Assembly (NCBI RefSeq): GCF_963921235.1
Contig: NC_086097.1
Coordinates: 232,502,001 to 232,566,000 of the forward strand
Reading direction: 5' to 3'
Length of the DNA: 64,000 nt
From: Mobula hypostoma
Taxonomy: Eukaryota
Made by a program: the position numbers and the translations under genes
Shown: in pieces, positions 25,601 to 38,600 of the stretch
How positions within the stretch are numbered: the first letter of the stretch is position 1
How the letters are laid out: each line of letters begins with the position of its first letter
The notes under the pieces: model-generated
Seen by the model: the letters and a program-made list of their open reading frames with translations, nothing else
What the model was told of the DNA's origin: nothing
Databases searched by the model: none

Positions 25601-26592
25601 TATAGTAATATTTATGCCTTGAACTGTGCTGCTGCCAAAAAAACAACACATTTAATGACACGTGTCGGTGATAATAAACCAGATTCAGAGTTCTGCTTCT
25701 TGTGTTATGTTATGTTAGTGGTATTATATTAAATATTGCTTACAACCTCACTTTGACACTATCTGAATGTGCTTCTCACAAGTTAAAAATATTTGAAGAA
25801 GGGTAGATATTTTACTCCTTTTGATCCAGGTCACTGCCTATTTGCTACTGAATATGCTATATTTATGTCTAAGAAAATGTACTAACTTTTAGAATTGTGA
25901 ACACATAGAGCAGAGAATCAAGCCAGTCATCCCCACGGTTCGATATTTCTGCAGGTCAAAACTTTTTTTTATCTAATGCTCACATAGTATCCTTCCATTT
26001 CTATTCTCCCTCCTGTCATTATTAAGCTCCTTTTCGGATAAATATGTGCTATTTAACGAATCCACATGTATACACATTCTAACCACTCCGGTTAGAGGAG
26101 ATTTTTCTGAATTTATCCAGTGGATTAATTGCCTTATTTTTATGGCGTTAATGTCATTAGGCAAAGGGAGCATGTCACAGCATTGTAAGTTAACTAAAAC
26201 AGTGGCAATGTAGTTATGAGAAGATTATTGACCTACTCACTAAATGGTGACAGCTTTGTTCAGTAGCTGGTGTGCATTGCTACGTTATCCCCATTCCTTT
26301 TTAGATGAAAACGATAGTTTAATTTACGAATTCAGTTCAATAGGTTATCAGATGTTTTTGATTTTAGGCAAACGAGTATGATTTAGAAGTACTTGAATTA
26401 GAATTCAGAAAGTTAATAAACAGAATTATTATTTCCATTTAATGGTAGTGACTTTTTACCATATTTAATATGTACATTAGTTGGTTTGGTGGGGCACTAT
26501 AAAAGATTCAAGAGCCCTGTGCAGCACCAACTATAAAGCTTCCTGGATGGTTGTTTAATATGCATTTCTGCTACATATATACATCAGCTTAA

Positions 26593-26634
26593 CTCCGCCC
26601 ATAAACAGTGAAAGAATGGGTATCGCTGTATAAA
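26593..26634 (+). promoter_or_regulatory. Putative core promoter: GC box (CTCCGCCC, 26593-26600) and TATA box (TATAAA, 26629-26634)
   Basis: The TATA box is about 40 nt upstream of the ATG at 26675, in non-repetitive sequence. Confidence 0.55.
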
Positions 26635-26674
26635 CTATGAGCTCTATTAGATCATGAGGTTTTGGGATAACAAC

Positions 26675-26690
26675 ATGAGCTCTTTCTCAG
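26675..26690 (+). CDS. Exon 1 coding part (MSSFS-G, phase 1)
   Basis: aacATGAGCTCTTTCTCAG|gtaagt, a consensus donor; TATA box and GC box just upstream. Confidence 0.75.
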
Positions 26691-29600
26691 GTAAGTATTT
26701 GTTTTATATTACCTTCTCAACGGAAATAAGGTGATATTGAAAATTAGAAACAGTTCAAATGAATCTTCATTCTGATTTTTTATTGCCTATTACTGTGCCT
26801 TTTTTGTCCCTCCAATGCGCAGTACAATTGTGTCTGCCAAGTTATGCAAAGGTGTAATCAGCTGTAAAGCACAGAACTAAAATAGATTTATTTTTGTTTT
26901 GTTTTTATGCTTAAAGCTCCTAAAAGGAATAGAATTATTGTGTTGGTGTAAAACTTTAAGAATAAATGCCTGAGGACTGCAGATTATGTTAATTATATAG
27001 AGGATATCAGTTCAGTCTAATACCGTGCAAAAGTCTTAGGCACAAATATATAACTAGGGTGCCTAAGACACCCGCATAGTACGCTATTTGTCAATGTGAG
27101 GCGGCGAGAAAGTTGTAAATGTGGCGGACGCAAAAGATATTGTGAATGGTGAAGAGTGTGGGACAGGTGGCAGAGAAGGTGTGCCAGGGGTGGTGGGTGA
27201 CGTGGGTACAGATTTACCCAACCCTGAGACACCAGGCAAGGTCATTTGATTCCAAACAATTGGTTTATTGATCCACTACAAGTCTCTGAGGTGCTTCCTG
27301 CTCCCTTCCCCTTTTCCCAACCGTGATTCCCCTCTCCCTGCCCCTTCCCACTCTCAATCCACAATAGAAACCCAAATCAGAATCAGGTTTATCATCACTC
27401 CCATACAGTATGTCATGATATTTACTTTGATCATGTGGCAGCAGTACAGTGCGATACATAAATATACTAGAGTTTATGGTCTCAGGACTTTTGCAGAGGA
27501 CTGTATGAGCACAGTTGAGGATTCCATGGTTATACGAACAATTATATGTAGACTAGCTTTATTAAGATTCTGCTGTCAAGGAGATCTATCTGCTTGTGTG
27601 TGTTTGCTGTAAATTGTGTAAACATTCTGTTTGCCATTGGTTTTAATCAAGGGAATGGAGACCTCACAGAAACTATACTTTGGAAAAGAGAAAGCTAAAA
27701 CTAAGATGACAAATCACCTCGGCATTGTCACTCAGGCTCCCTAATTCACTGTCCAGTTTTGCGATTACTTCTCATCATTGCCTTCGTCCTAAGGATTTTA
27801 TACAAAATTTTCCAAGTATTGGAACTTACAAAAAGAGAGATATTTTAACTTTTATTTAGCTGAGATTAGACCAGATCAGTTACTTTATCTTCTGATGTCT
27901 CTCCTGATGGGAGGTGGGTGTGGTGGGGGCTGACATTGCCTTTGGAACAGACTGCAGTTCATGGACATGGGAAAAGTAGACCAAGATATAAGCACAAACC
28001 CAAAATATAGAACTTTGGTGTTGACTTCATTAGGGATCAATTTGCTGATACATTTCTTTGAACATTGTTATCATCTCATGGCCCATTTCCTCCCAATCGC
28101 AGACTGTTGTGGAATTTCCTAGATCATGCCTTCCACTCCAGCTGCCTTTCGTTAGCGTTGCAGCTACATCGAGGATACAATGGAGCCCCATTTCCCTGGT
28201 GTAAGGAGATTCCTGGTCCTTACCCCTCGTTTGCACAGCCCCAGATTAGCAAAAACTTCAATCAATAATCTGTTCATCAGCAATAAGGCCAAGATTTTTG
28301 GACAGGTAATTACTTCTCTGAAGAGCAGTTCTGTGTCAAGTAGAATTCTGGCCTTGGCCGTTGTAGTAACAGGAAAGGTAAACTTGATTGCTGAGAGGTT
28401 GCTCAGTGTCTATCTAACCAAATCATCAGTCTGTTCAGAATGACCGGCTACTTGTTTTGTTCATCGTGTGTAAAATTCAGTTAACACATGAGGCCCAAGG
28501 TACCAGAATCAGGATCAGAGTCAGGTTTAATATCACTAGCATATTCTATGAAATATGTTGTTTTGCAGCAGTAGTACACAATTTAAATTAAATAAGTATT
28601 GCAAAAAGAGAGCAAAAAGAAGCATAAGAGAGTGAACTTTTCCTTCACTTCCTTCATGAAGCTGGAATATATGAAGGAGCCTGGGTATTTCGAAAGTTGG
28701 AGGTCTACGGGGAAGAGAAGATTGGTGTGAAGGGTTAGGGAAGGGAAGACGAGTCATTGCTGATTGTTAGGTGGAGATGATGAGAAATAATTGGAAGTCT
28801 GGGGCTGTTTGGCAATAGCCAGAAGAACAAGTGGTTATGGTAAGGAGAACATACAATGAAAGTTGTGGGGTAGGGTATACTTAGGATCCGTAATCCTGTG
28901 AGAAGTCACTGCCCAGGTAAGGGTGTGACAGTTGGGAATAGGATCAGTTGTCAGGGGACGTTCTGGTGGATGGTGGTAGGGTCAGTAATCAAGTAAAGAT
29001 TCAGCTGGGGGAAGCATGCTCGGCATAAAACTTTACAACACCAGTGATCATGTTCAGGATTTGATTCCCACCACTGTCCATTCTCGCTATGACTGTGTGG
29101 GTTTCCTCCGGGTTCTCTGCTTTCCTCGCACATTCTATGGGTCAGGGTTAGTAAGGTGCGGGCATGTTGCATTAACGTTGGAAGCATGGCGACGTTCGCG
29201 GGCGGCCCCCAGCACCTCCTTGGCCTTTGTTGATTGTTGATGTAAACAATGCATCTCACTGTATGCTTTGATGTTTCGAAGTGCACCTGACAAATAAAGC
29301 TGGCCTTTAAATCTTCAAAACAAGAACTTGAGCTGGAGTCAATAGCCAGGTGAAGTTTCAATAATTGAGGGAGGTGTTCTCTGTCAGGGGTTTTGGGAAT
29401 TGGGGTGGGAAGAAGTGGCACATCAGTAGGTGCACTGAATGGTCGAGGGACAGATCAGGTCAGTTGGGTGAGTGGATGCTGATGATGTGCGGAGGGTGAT
29501 AAGATTCTCGTCTGGGCGGATGTTGGGATAAAGATGACAGAGGGCTGGGTAAATAAATTACTTAATACTGAACCCAGCTTGATGTGGGTTCACCCACAGT

Positions 29601-32600
29601 AGATCTCCTTTAAGTAATGGGTAAGGTCCCTGACAGGCACTGTGATGAACTGTTATGGCATGAGTGACCATGGACAAGTGAATGGAAGATGAGAGTCCAG
29701 TCGGTCAGTCGTGCCTAACTGAGCCACTTTCTACAGATGCATGAGGGACCGGATAGAAAGTCCAAGACTGTGCAACTCAAAGAAAATCACTGATTTTCCA
29801 TCAAATTTTGCTTTTTCATTGAAACTGGTTCACACGATGCACAAAAACGTTACATTACACAATCTGGTTTCCAGGCAAGTACCAACAATGAGGATTATTA
29901 CTTGGTGACTTCATGAAAGAAAAATTTCCCAAAGCCCAATTAATATCCTTATGAATTGCAACACAAATGCCTACCTAATCTGTGGTTAGCTCACCCAGCT
30001 GTGAGTCAGAAGACCTTCTGTTCTAGTTTATAACTAGGACAACCCCATACACTGAAGCAGTTATTTTAACCTCATGCTGAGGCAGCGCTCCCTTGTTAGA
30101 TGCTTAATTGGTTCTTCAAAATGTTTAACTAGAGCCCCTGCTGTGGATATTTTAGATTCCATGGCACTGAGTGAAGAAAACAAGGGATTTCCTTGGGTTA
30201 TCATTCCTTCCTTAACATCTTCTATCTTTCTTTTGCCCGTTACACCGCTGGCATTTAGGGCAGCAGTGAAGGTCCTCCATCTCTGGTGGCGTTCACAGCT
30301 TCTTTCATTGTGTCAGTAGCCTCCTCCCAGTTTACTGTCAGTCATGCAAATCCCCGGAGGAGACTCGGGAATACCATTGCATGCAGATGTGGAAGGATTC
30401 TTTATTGCTGTTTCAATAACAGTCTCGTTTGACCAGTCAGTTGTTGTCAGCCCTGAAATGAACCCCCGAACCTGGAGGACTGGTGGACCACTCTTAGTCT
30501 GGTCTCTTACCTGCGACCTGTTTGGCCTGGGTGACCCTACCAAAAGTCAAAGCATAAAGCCCTGACTCCAGCCACCATCGCTCTCCGAGTCACTGAGGCA
30601 CAGAAATCTCCAAACCACGACAAGGTTGTGGTCCTCTTGGAGGCCTTTCTTAACCAAGGTCACTAAAACAAGTGCTGCATCTCCCTGCCTTACAATTACA
30701 GCTTAAACCCGTATTTCTAGGCAAAGACTCTTCTTAAAATTCTTAAAAAATGATGAAATTCATTACTTACCCTTTTAAAATAAAGATTCCAGTGCACACA
30801 AGTGTTTCTGTAAAACTGGAAATCTTGAGCAAAACACACAAAATGCTGGAGGAACTCAGCAGGTCAGGCAGCATCCGTGGAGAAAAATAGATGGTCAACA
30901 TTTCAGGCCGAGACCCTTCATCATCAGGATTGAAAAGGAAGGGGAAATAAGTAACAAAAAATGGTGGTGGAAGAGGAAGGAGTAGAAGTTGGCAGGTGGT
31001 AAGTGAGACCAGTTGAGACCAGTTGCGTGGGTGTGTGAGGGGAGATGAAGTAAGAAGTTGGGAGGTGATAGGTTGAAGAGGTAAAGGGCTGAAGAAGAAG
31101 GAACCTGATAGGAGAGGAGAGTGGACCATGGGAGAAAGGGAAGGAGGAGGGGCACCAGAGGGGAGTGATGGGTGGGTGAGGAGAAGACAAGGGGGAGAGG
31201 GAAGAAATTATTGGAAGTAAGACAAATTGATGTTAATGCCATCAGGCTGGGGGCTACACAGACGGAAATGAGGTGTTTCTCCTCAAACTTGAGTGTGGCC
31301 TCACCTTGGCAGTAGAGGAGTCCATAGACCGACATGTCAGAATGGGAATGGGAAGTCAAGTCACCTTTTGTGGAAGACTGAGTGAAGGTGCCCAACAAGG
31401 CTGTCCCTCAGTCTACGTTGGGTCTCGCATATATGGAGCAGGCCACACCAGGAGCATGAGTTGAGTATAAGAGCAAAGAGGTGCTTCTGCAGTTGTACAG
31501 GGCTCTGGTGAGACCACACCTGGAGTATCGTGTGCAGATTCGGTCTCCAAATTTGAGGAAGGACATTCTTGCTATTGAGGGAGTGCAGCGTAGGTTCACG
31601 AGGTTAATTCCTGGGATGGCAGGACTGTGATATGTTGAAAGATTGGAGCAATTGGGCTTGTACAGAAAGCTAGTGAAGAAAGCTAATGGCATGCTGGCCT
31701 TCATAACAAGGGGAATTGAGTATGGGAGCAAAGCGGTCCTTCTGCAGCTGTACAGGGCCCTGGTGAGACCACACCTGGAGTATTGTGTGCAGTTTTGGTC
31801 TCCAAATTTGAGAAAGGACATTCTTGCTATTGAGGGAGTGCTGCATATGTTCACAAGGTTAATTCACGGGATGGCAGGACTGTCATATGTTGAAAGATTG
31901 GAGCGACCTGCCTTGTATACACTGGAATTTAGAAGGATGAGAGGGGATCTGATTGAAACATATAAGATTATTAAGGGATTGGACATGCTGCAGGCAGGAA
32001 GCATGTTCCCGCTGATGGGTGAGTCCAGAACCAGAGGCCACAGTTTAAGAATAAGGGGTAGGCCATTTAGAACGGAGTTGAGGAAAAACTTTTTTACCCA
32101 GCGAGTTGTGGATCTGTGGAATGCTCTGCCTCAGAAGGCAGTGGAGGCCAATTCTCTGGTTGCTTTGAAGAAAGAGTTAGATAGAGCTCTTAAAGATAGC
32201 GGAATCAAAGGTTATGGGGATAAGGCAGGAACTGGATACTGATTGTGGATGATCAGCCATGATCACAGTGAATGGCGGTGCTGGCTCGAAGGGCCGAATG
32301 GCCTACCCCTGCACCTATTGTCTATTGTTTATTGATACAGTGGACAATCCTGACAGACTTGAGGTGAAGCTTCACCTCACCTGAAGCACTGTTTGGGGCT
32401 CTGAATGACGGGGAGGGAGATGTATTGGAAGGCGTTGTGTTTATCCCACTTGCAGACATAAGTCTAAAAATTCCAGTGATAGGGAGGAAAAGCCAGCAGA
32501 GAGAGGATTGTATTACATAGAATATGGTATTTGAACTGACCAGAGAGGTGGAATTATATCTGAGGAACACAATATTTCTGTATCCTGAGGTAATCCTGCT

Positions 32601-35600
32601 TGGTTTATCTCATCATTTCTGCCAGATGATGCACACAGAGGCTGTTATTCTTCAGGGAACTGAAAGCAGTTCTCTGCCATGATGAGCTTGCAAGACTCCA
32701 GGTTCAACCAGGGCCCACGTTGAGATTGAACCCACAGCAGAAATCTTCCTGAGCAGCATCTCTGATCTGTATTTGGTGACGGTCTGGATGTCCCTATTGT
32801 GCGTGGGCACTAGATGCTGGCATCTGGTCATAGCACCCTACCCGTCAGATCACACATTGGGAATGTTGAGTGCTGAAGGTCACTCCAAGGCATTTTCATG
32901 TGCTGAGTGGCTCTCTGGAGTTATAGGATTTGCTTTATCATCCCCGTCCCAGCTTCAGAAGGTGAAGCAGGTGGGAGGCTCAGAAAGTAACAACCCCCCG
33001 GAATCCTTTGAATCTTTCAATCTCTCAATCCATTGAACCAGCAGGGAGCAGCTTCCAGATGTAGATGCATGGGGCAGGAGCAATGGGAGGCAGGAATCAT
33101 GATCAAAGAGGGAGGACTTCCAGATGGCAACATTAAGGAGGACTAGTCCTGCATCGAGCTCACAAAAGTAAATTGATAACTACCGCTGGTGGTAGACCTG
33201 AGGAGAGCTAAGGTACCGGCGACCCCTGTTTCCATCCAGAGGGTCAGTGGGGACATGGTGGAAGATTACAAATACCTGAGGATACGAATTAACAATAAAC
33301 TGGACTGGTCAAAGAACACTGAGGCTGTCTACAAGAAGGGTCAGAGCCGACTCTATTTCCTGAGGAGATTGAGGTCCTATAACATCTGCCTGACGATGCT
33401 GAGGATGTTCTATGAGTCTGTGGTGGCCAGTGCTATCATGTTTGCTGTTGTGAGCTGGGGCAGCAGGCTGAGGGTAGCAGACACCAACAGAATCAACAAT
33501 CTCATTCGTAAGGCCAGTGATGTTGTGGGGATGGAACTGCACTCTCTGACGGTGGTGTCTGAAAAGAGGATGCTGTCTAAGTTGCATGCCATCTTGGTCA
33601 ATGTCTCCCATCCACTACATAATGTACTGGGTGGGCACAGGAGTACATTCAGCCAGAGACTCATTCCACCGAGATGCAGCACAGAGCGTCATAGGAAGTC
33701 ATTCCTGCCTGTGGCCATCAAACCTTACAACTCCTCCGTTGGAGGGTCAGACACCCTGAGCCAATAGGCTGGTCCTGGGCTTATTTCCTGGCATAGTTTA
33801 CATATTACTATTTAACTATTTAAGGTTTTATTACTATTTAATTATTTATGGTGCAACTGTAATGAAAATCAATTTCCCCCTGGATCAATAAAGTATGACT
33901 ATGACTATAACTATGACTTTAGCAAGACTACTTTCTTACTTTATTTACAAACTACACAAAAATCTAAAATGGCAGTTCATAGTTCAAAGTACTGCATAGT
34001 ACAAAGTACATATTTGTCACCATATGCTACCCTGAGATTCATTTTCTTGCAGGCATGCACAGTAGAACAAAGCAATACAAGAAAATCAATGAAGAACTGC
34101 ACAGAAACGACTGACAAGCAACCGAGGTGCAAAAGGCAAACTGTGCAAACACAGAGAAACAAATAATAATAATTTATTAACAAAGAAGTAAATAATACTG
34201 AGAACATGAGTTGTAGAGTCCTTGAAATTGAGTCCATGGGTTGTGGAATCAGTTCAGAGTTGAGATGAGTGAAGTTATCCCCTCTGGCTCAGGAGCCTGA
34301 TGGTTGAAGGGGAATGGTTGTCACCTACAGCTTCCGTTCCTCTTTCCTGGTGGCAGCAGCGAGAAGAGAGTAAAGAGCAAGAGAAGCGTTGGGGTTCTGC
34401 TTGCATGAGGATTATGATTTCCATTTTGAAAACAGTCATCACCCTTGAAACAGGTAAATGTTTTACAAATCCAGCAATGCTGACAAATTAGATTCATATC
34501 ATATTTAGGATGCAAACTGGGTGAGGGGTATAAATAACTGTGGTAGGACGGAGGGGGGTGCGGTGAGCAAGCTCGATTCCCAAAGGAAAGTGCACTGAGG
34601 GACTATCCTCACGTCTGTGTCTGTTGTAGGCTAACTAATAAGCACTGATGGCACAAGTGACTAGCAACACACATCAAAGTTGCTGGTGAACGTAGAAGAC
34701 CAGGCAGCATCTCTAGGAAGAGGTGCAGTCTACGTTTCAGGCCGAGACCCTTCGTCAGGACTAACTGAAGGAAGTGACTACCTTAGGCCCCACACCAACA
34801 GGTTCAGGAAGAGTTCCTGAAACAGGTGTGAATAATATCACTCACCTCAACACTGAGCTGGTTCCACAATCTATGGATTCACTTTCAAGGACTCTCCAGC
34901 TCATGTTCTCAGTATTATTTATTTATTTTGTATTTTCATAGTTTGTCTCCTTTTGCACATTGGGTGCTTGCTAGTCTTTGTGTGTTTTTTCATCTCTTTG
35001 TCCTACTGTGAATGCCTGCAAGAAAATGAACCTCTGGGTAGTTTATGGTGAAATATACTTACTTGGTTGATAAATTTACTTTGAACTTTGAACAAGTAGC
35101 CAATCTTGTGGCACATGGCACCATCGGCTGGAAGTCCTCACTCAGCACCGGAGAGATAGAAGTGAACTGGATAGACCCTGGCCCTTCTTCGTCCGGCTGT
35201 TCAATCTGATCAGACACGCAGGATCACCGCTGAACTCATTTTGAGGATTTTTAAAGTCAGGCCGGGCGAATGCTGCTTGTTCCCTTTAGGTAATGAGGAA
35301 GACTGGTCAATAATCTTCAGCTGCATCCATTGTGGGAATAAACAAATTCTTCAAAATGAAAACCAGAAAAAGAAGAGTATCATTCTTTCAGAACAGCGGG
35401 GAATCTAAAATAACTACAGATTAGCACTTGGTAAAAGAAATACACCAAGAGATAAATCCTGCCATGGACGCAGCCACTGACAAGATTATGAAAGGGATGG
35501 TTAATTTTCACCCACGTACCTTCCCCTCCCACATTCCTGAACTGTGTTCACACCCCAATAACTTTTCATTAACCTCATTATTGCCCAGACAAACAAATGA

Positions 35601-38600
35601 TGGTATGTCTTGCAGACTCCTTCAACCAATTACATTTGCAATATACAGTTTGAAGAGAAATTGGAAAACGTAAGTATATCAACATCTGCCGTGAGGTGGA
35701 AGGTTAGTACTCCTCAATTAGGACAAAACAGTTCTGATGAAGGGTCTGGGCCCAAAATGCCCACTGCACTCTTTTCCGTAGATGCTATCTGGCCTGTTGA
35801 ATTCCTTCAGCATTCTGTGTGTATTGCTAGAACAAACAAAATCCATGTTTTTGGTGGCCAGTGTTATTCAGCTTGGGTGTTGTGGACTATAGGGGTGAAT
35901 AGATGTAGCAGGCATTAATCACATTTCCATCTGTAGGATTCTGTACCAGAAATTCCGAGGACATTTTGGGTCCACCTTCCACTGAATGAAGATAGAACAG
36001 TACAGTATTGTACAGGCCCTTCAACCCACAATGTCGTGCTGACACTTCAATCTACTCCCAAGGTCAATCTAACTCTTCCCTCCCACATAGCCCTCCATTA
36101 TTCATTCATCCATGTGAGAGTCTCTTAAATCTCCCTAAAGTATCTGCCTTTGCCACCATTCCTAGCAATGGGTTCCATGCATCCGTCAGTCTCTGTGTTT
36201 GAAAAAAATACCTCTTACTTCCCTCTTCATTGTTCCCCCAACACATTAAGTTTCTGCCCCTTTATATTGGCCATTTCCATCCTGGAATAAATATCTCTGC
36301 CCATCCACTTGATCTAGATCAGGGATTCCCATCCATGGACCCCTTGCTTAAACATATTGGTCCATGGCATAAAAAAAAAGTTTGGGAACGCTTGATCAAG
36401 GGGCTAAATGGCCTACTTCTGCTTGTATTTCCTATGCTCACCTGTTAATAGATTCAGTAGTTGAGTCAGTGGAGTACAAGTCAAGCAGTTGATCACACAA
36501 GTGAAGAGTAGGACTGCTATAGTGTAGTGGTTAGTGGAATGCTTTATGGAGCTATTGATCTGCGTTCAATTCCTGCTGCTGCCTGCAGGAAGTTTGTTTC
36601 TTCTCCCCGTGAGCACCTGGGTTTCCTCCGGATGCTCCGGTTTTGTCCCACATTCCAAGGATGCACAGGTTAGGGTTAGGAATTATGGGCATGCTACATT
36701 GGCGCCAGAACCATGGCGACACTTGTGGGCTGCCCCTAGCACATCCTTGGACTGTGCTGGTCAGTGACAGAAACAAACGTTTCACTGTATGTTTTGACGT
36801 TGACATGTGATAAGTATAACTAACCTTTATCTTTCTCCCTGCCCCATAGTTGCTTAAAATGACTTTACAGTTCTTCACCTTTCTCAAAGGTCACCAACTC
36901 ATTACCTTAACTTTCTGGATCTCTCTGATACATAGGAACTCTGATGCTTCTGCCCCCTGGCCTCAGCCCCTTCCCTTTACAGTCCTGATGAAGGATCACA
37001 GCCTGAAACATAGTCATAGTCATACTTTATTGATCCCGGGGGAAGTTGGTTTTCGTTACAGTTGCACCATAAATAATAAATAGTAATAAAACCATAAATA
37101 GTTAAATAGTAATATGTAAATTATGCCAGGAAGTAAGTCCAGGACCAGCCTATTGGCTCAGGGTGTCTGACCCTCCAAGGGAGGAGTTGTAAAGTTTGAT
37201 GGCCACAGGCAGGAATGACTTCCTATGACGCTCTGTGCTGCATCTCGGTGGAATGAGTCTCTGGCTGAATGTACTCCTGTGCCCACCGAGTACATTATGT
37301 AGTGGATGGGAGACATTGAGCAAGATGGCATACAACTTGGACAGCATCCTCTTTTCAGACATCACCATCAGAGAGTACAGTTCCATCCCCACAACATCAC
37401 TGGCCTTACGAATGAGTTTGTTGATTCTGTTGGTGTCTGCTACCCTCAGCCTGCTGCCCCAGCACACAACAGCAAACATGATCACACTGGCCACCACAGA
37501 CTCGTAGAACATCCTCAGCATCATCCGGCATAAACATCAACTATTTATTCCCAGATGCTGTCTGTGTTACTCAGTTTCTCCATCATTTTGTGTATCTTGC
37601 TAGGGACTCTGATCGACTGAGTTTTCAGGTCATACCAATGTCCAGCCTCATGTTCCTTTTTGCTCTTTAAGTTAGTTCTGTCATAAACTGTCGGGTGAGG
37701 AAAACATGTGCCTCCTGTTGGAAATCCTCCAAGATTCAGTCTCACAGACGCACGACAGACTGGTAAACAGCCACCTTTCTAGGAAAAACTCCCTAAATTA
37801 CATAGAATCCGATCCACAAATTAGCAACCTCCATTCCTTCTCTATGGCTCTCTTGGGGTTGGTCCAGGGAGCTCCTGTTGTTTCAGTCAGAGTCCTTATG
37901 CCAAGAGAGAGAAACAGTTCAACAACATCTTCATTTATAAACTGTCTGATCTGGCTGTAAAGAAATTAGATCCAAACCTATATTTGAAAGCCGTTCTTTA
38001 TTCCCAAAATACACGCTGCTAAGATGTGGCTTTTAGATGTTGGTGAGGATATGTTAACCATTCCCCATAATTGAGCCTTTCACTCTGTGCGGATTCAGAT
38101 TCTTGTATTTATCACATGTACATCGAAACATATGGTGAAATGCTTCATTTGTGATAACAAACAACAATTTACAGCGTTTCTGATGCCGCCTCTAGCTGGG
38201 GCAGAGCACTTATTATTTTATACCCAGTGATTGTTAGAAACTGCTATTGAGATAAGACTTGTAGATTGCCAATTGGAACATCTACCAGCTCAAACCTATT
38301 AACCGTGCAAAGGTTGTCACTTATTCCAAGAACTCTCCGGATGGGGCAGAGCATTTCTGCTGGAAAGCGCTTGCAGGAGGTGAGTGACAAGCATGAGATT
38401 ATCTGCAGATGCTGGAAATCCAAAGCAACACGCACAAAATTCTGGAGGAACCCAGCAGCCAGGCAGTATCTATGGAAAAGAGTCCAGTCGACGGTTCCGA
38501 CCGAGACCATTCTTCAGGACTGGAAAGGAAAGGAAGAAGGTGGGGGTGGGGGGGGGGAAGAGGAGGAAGGAGAACAAGGTGGCAGGTGATAGGTGAAAGC

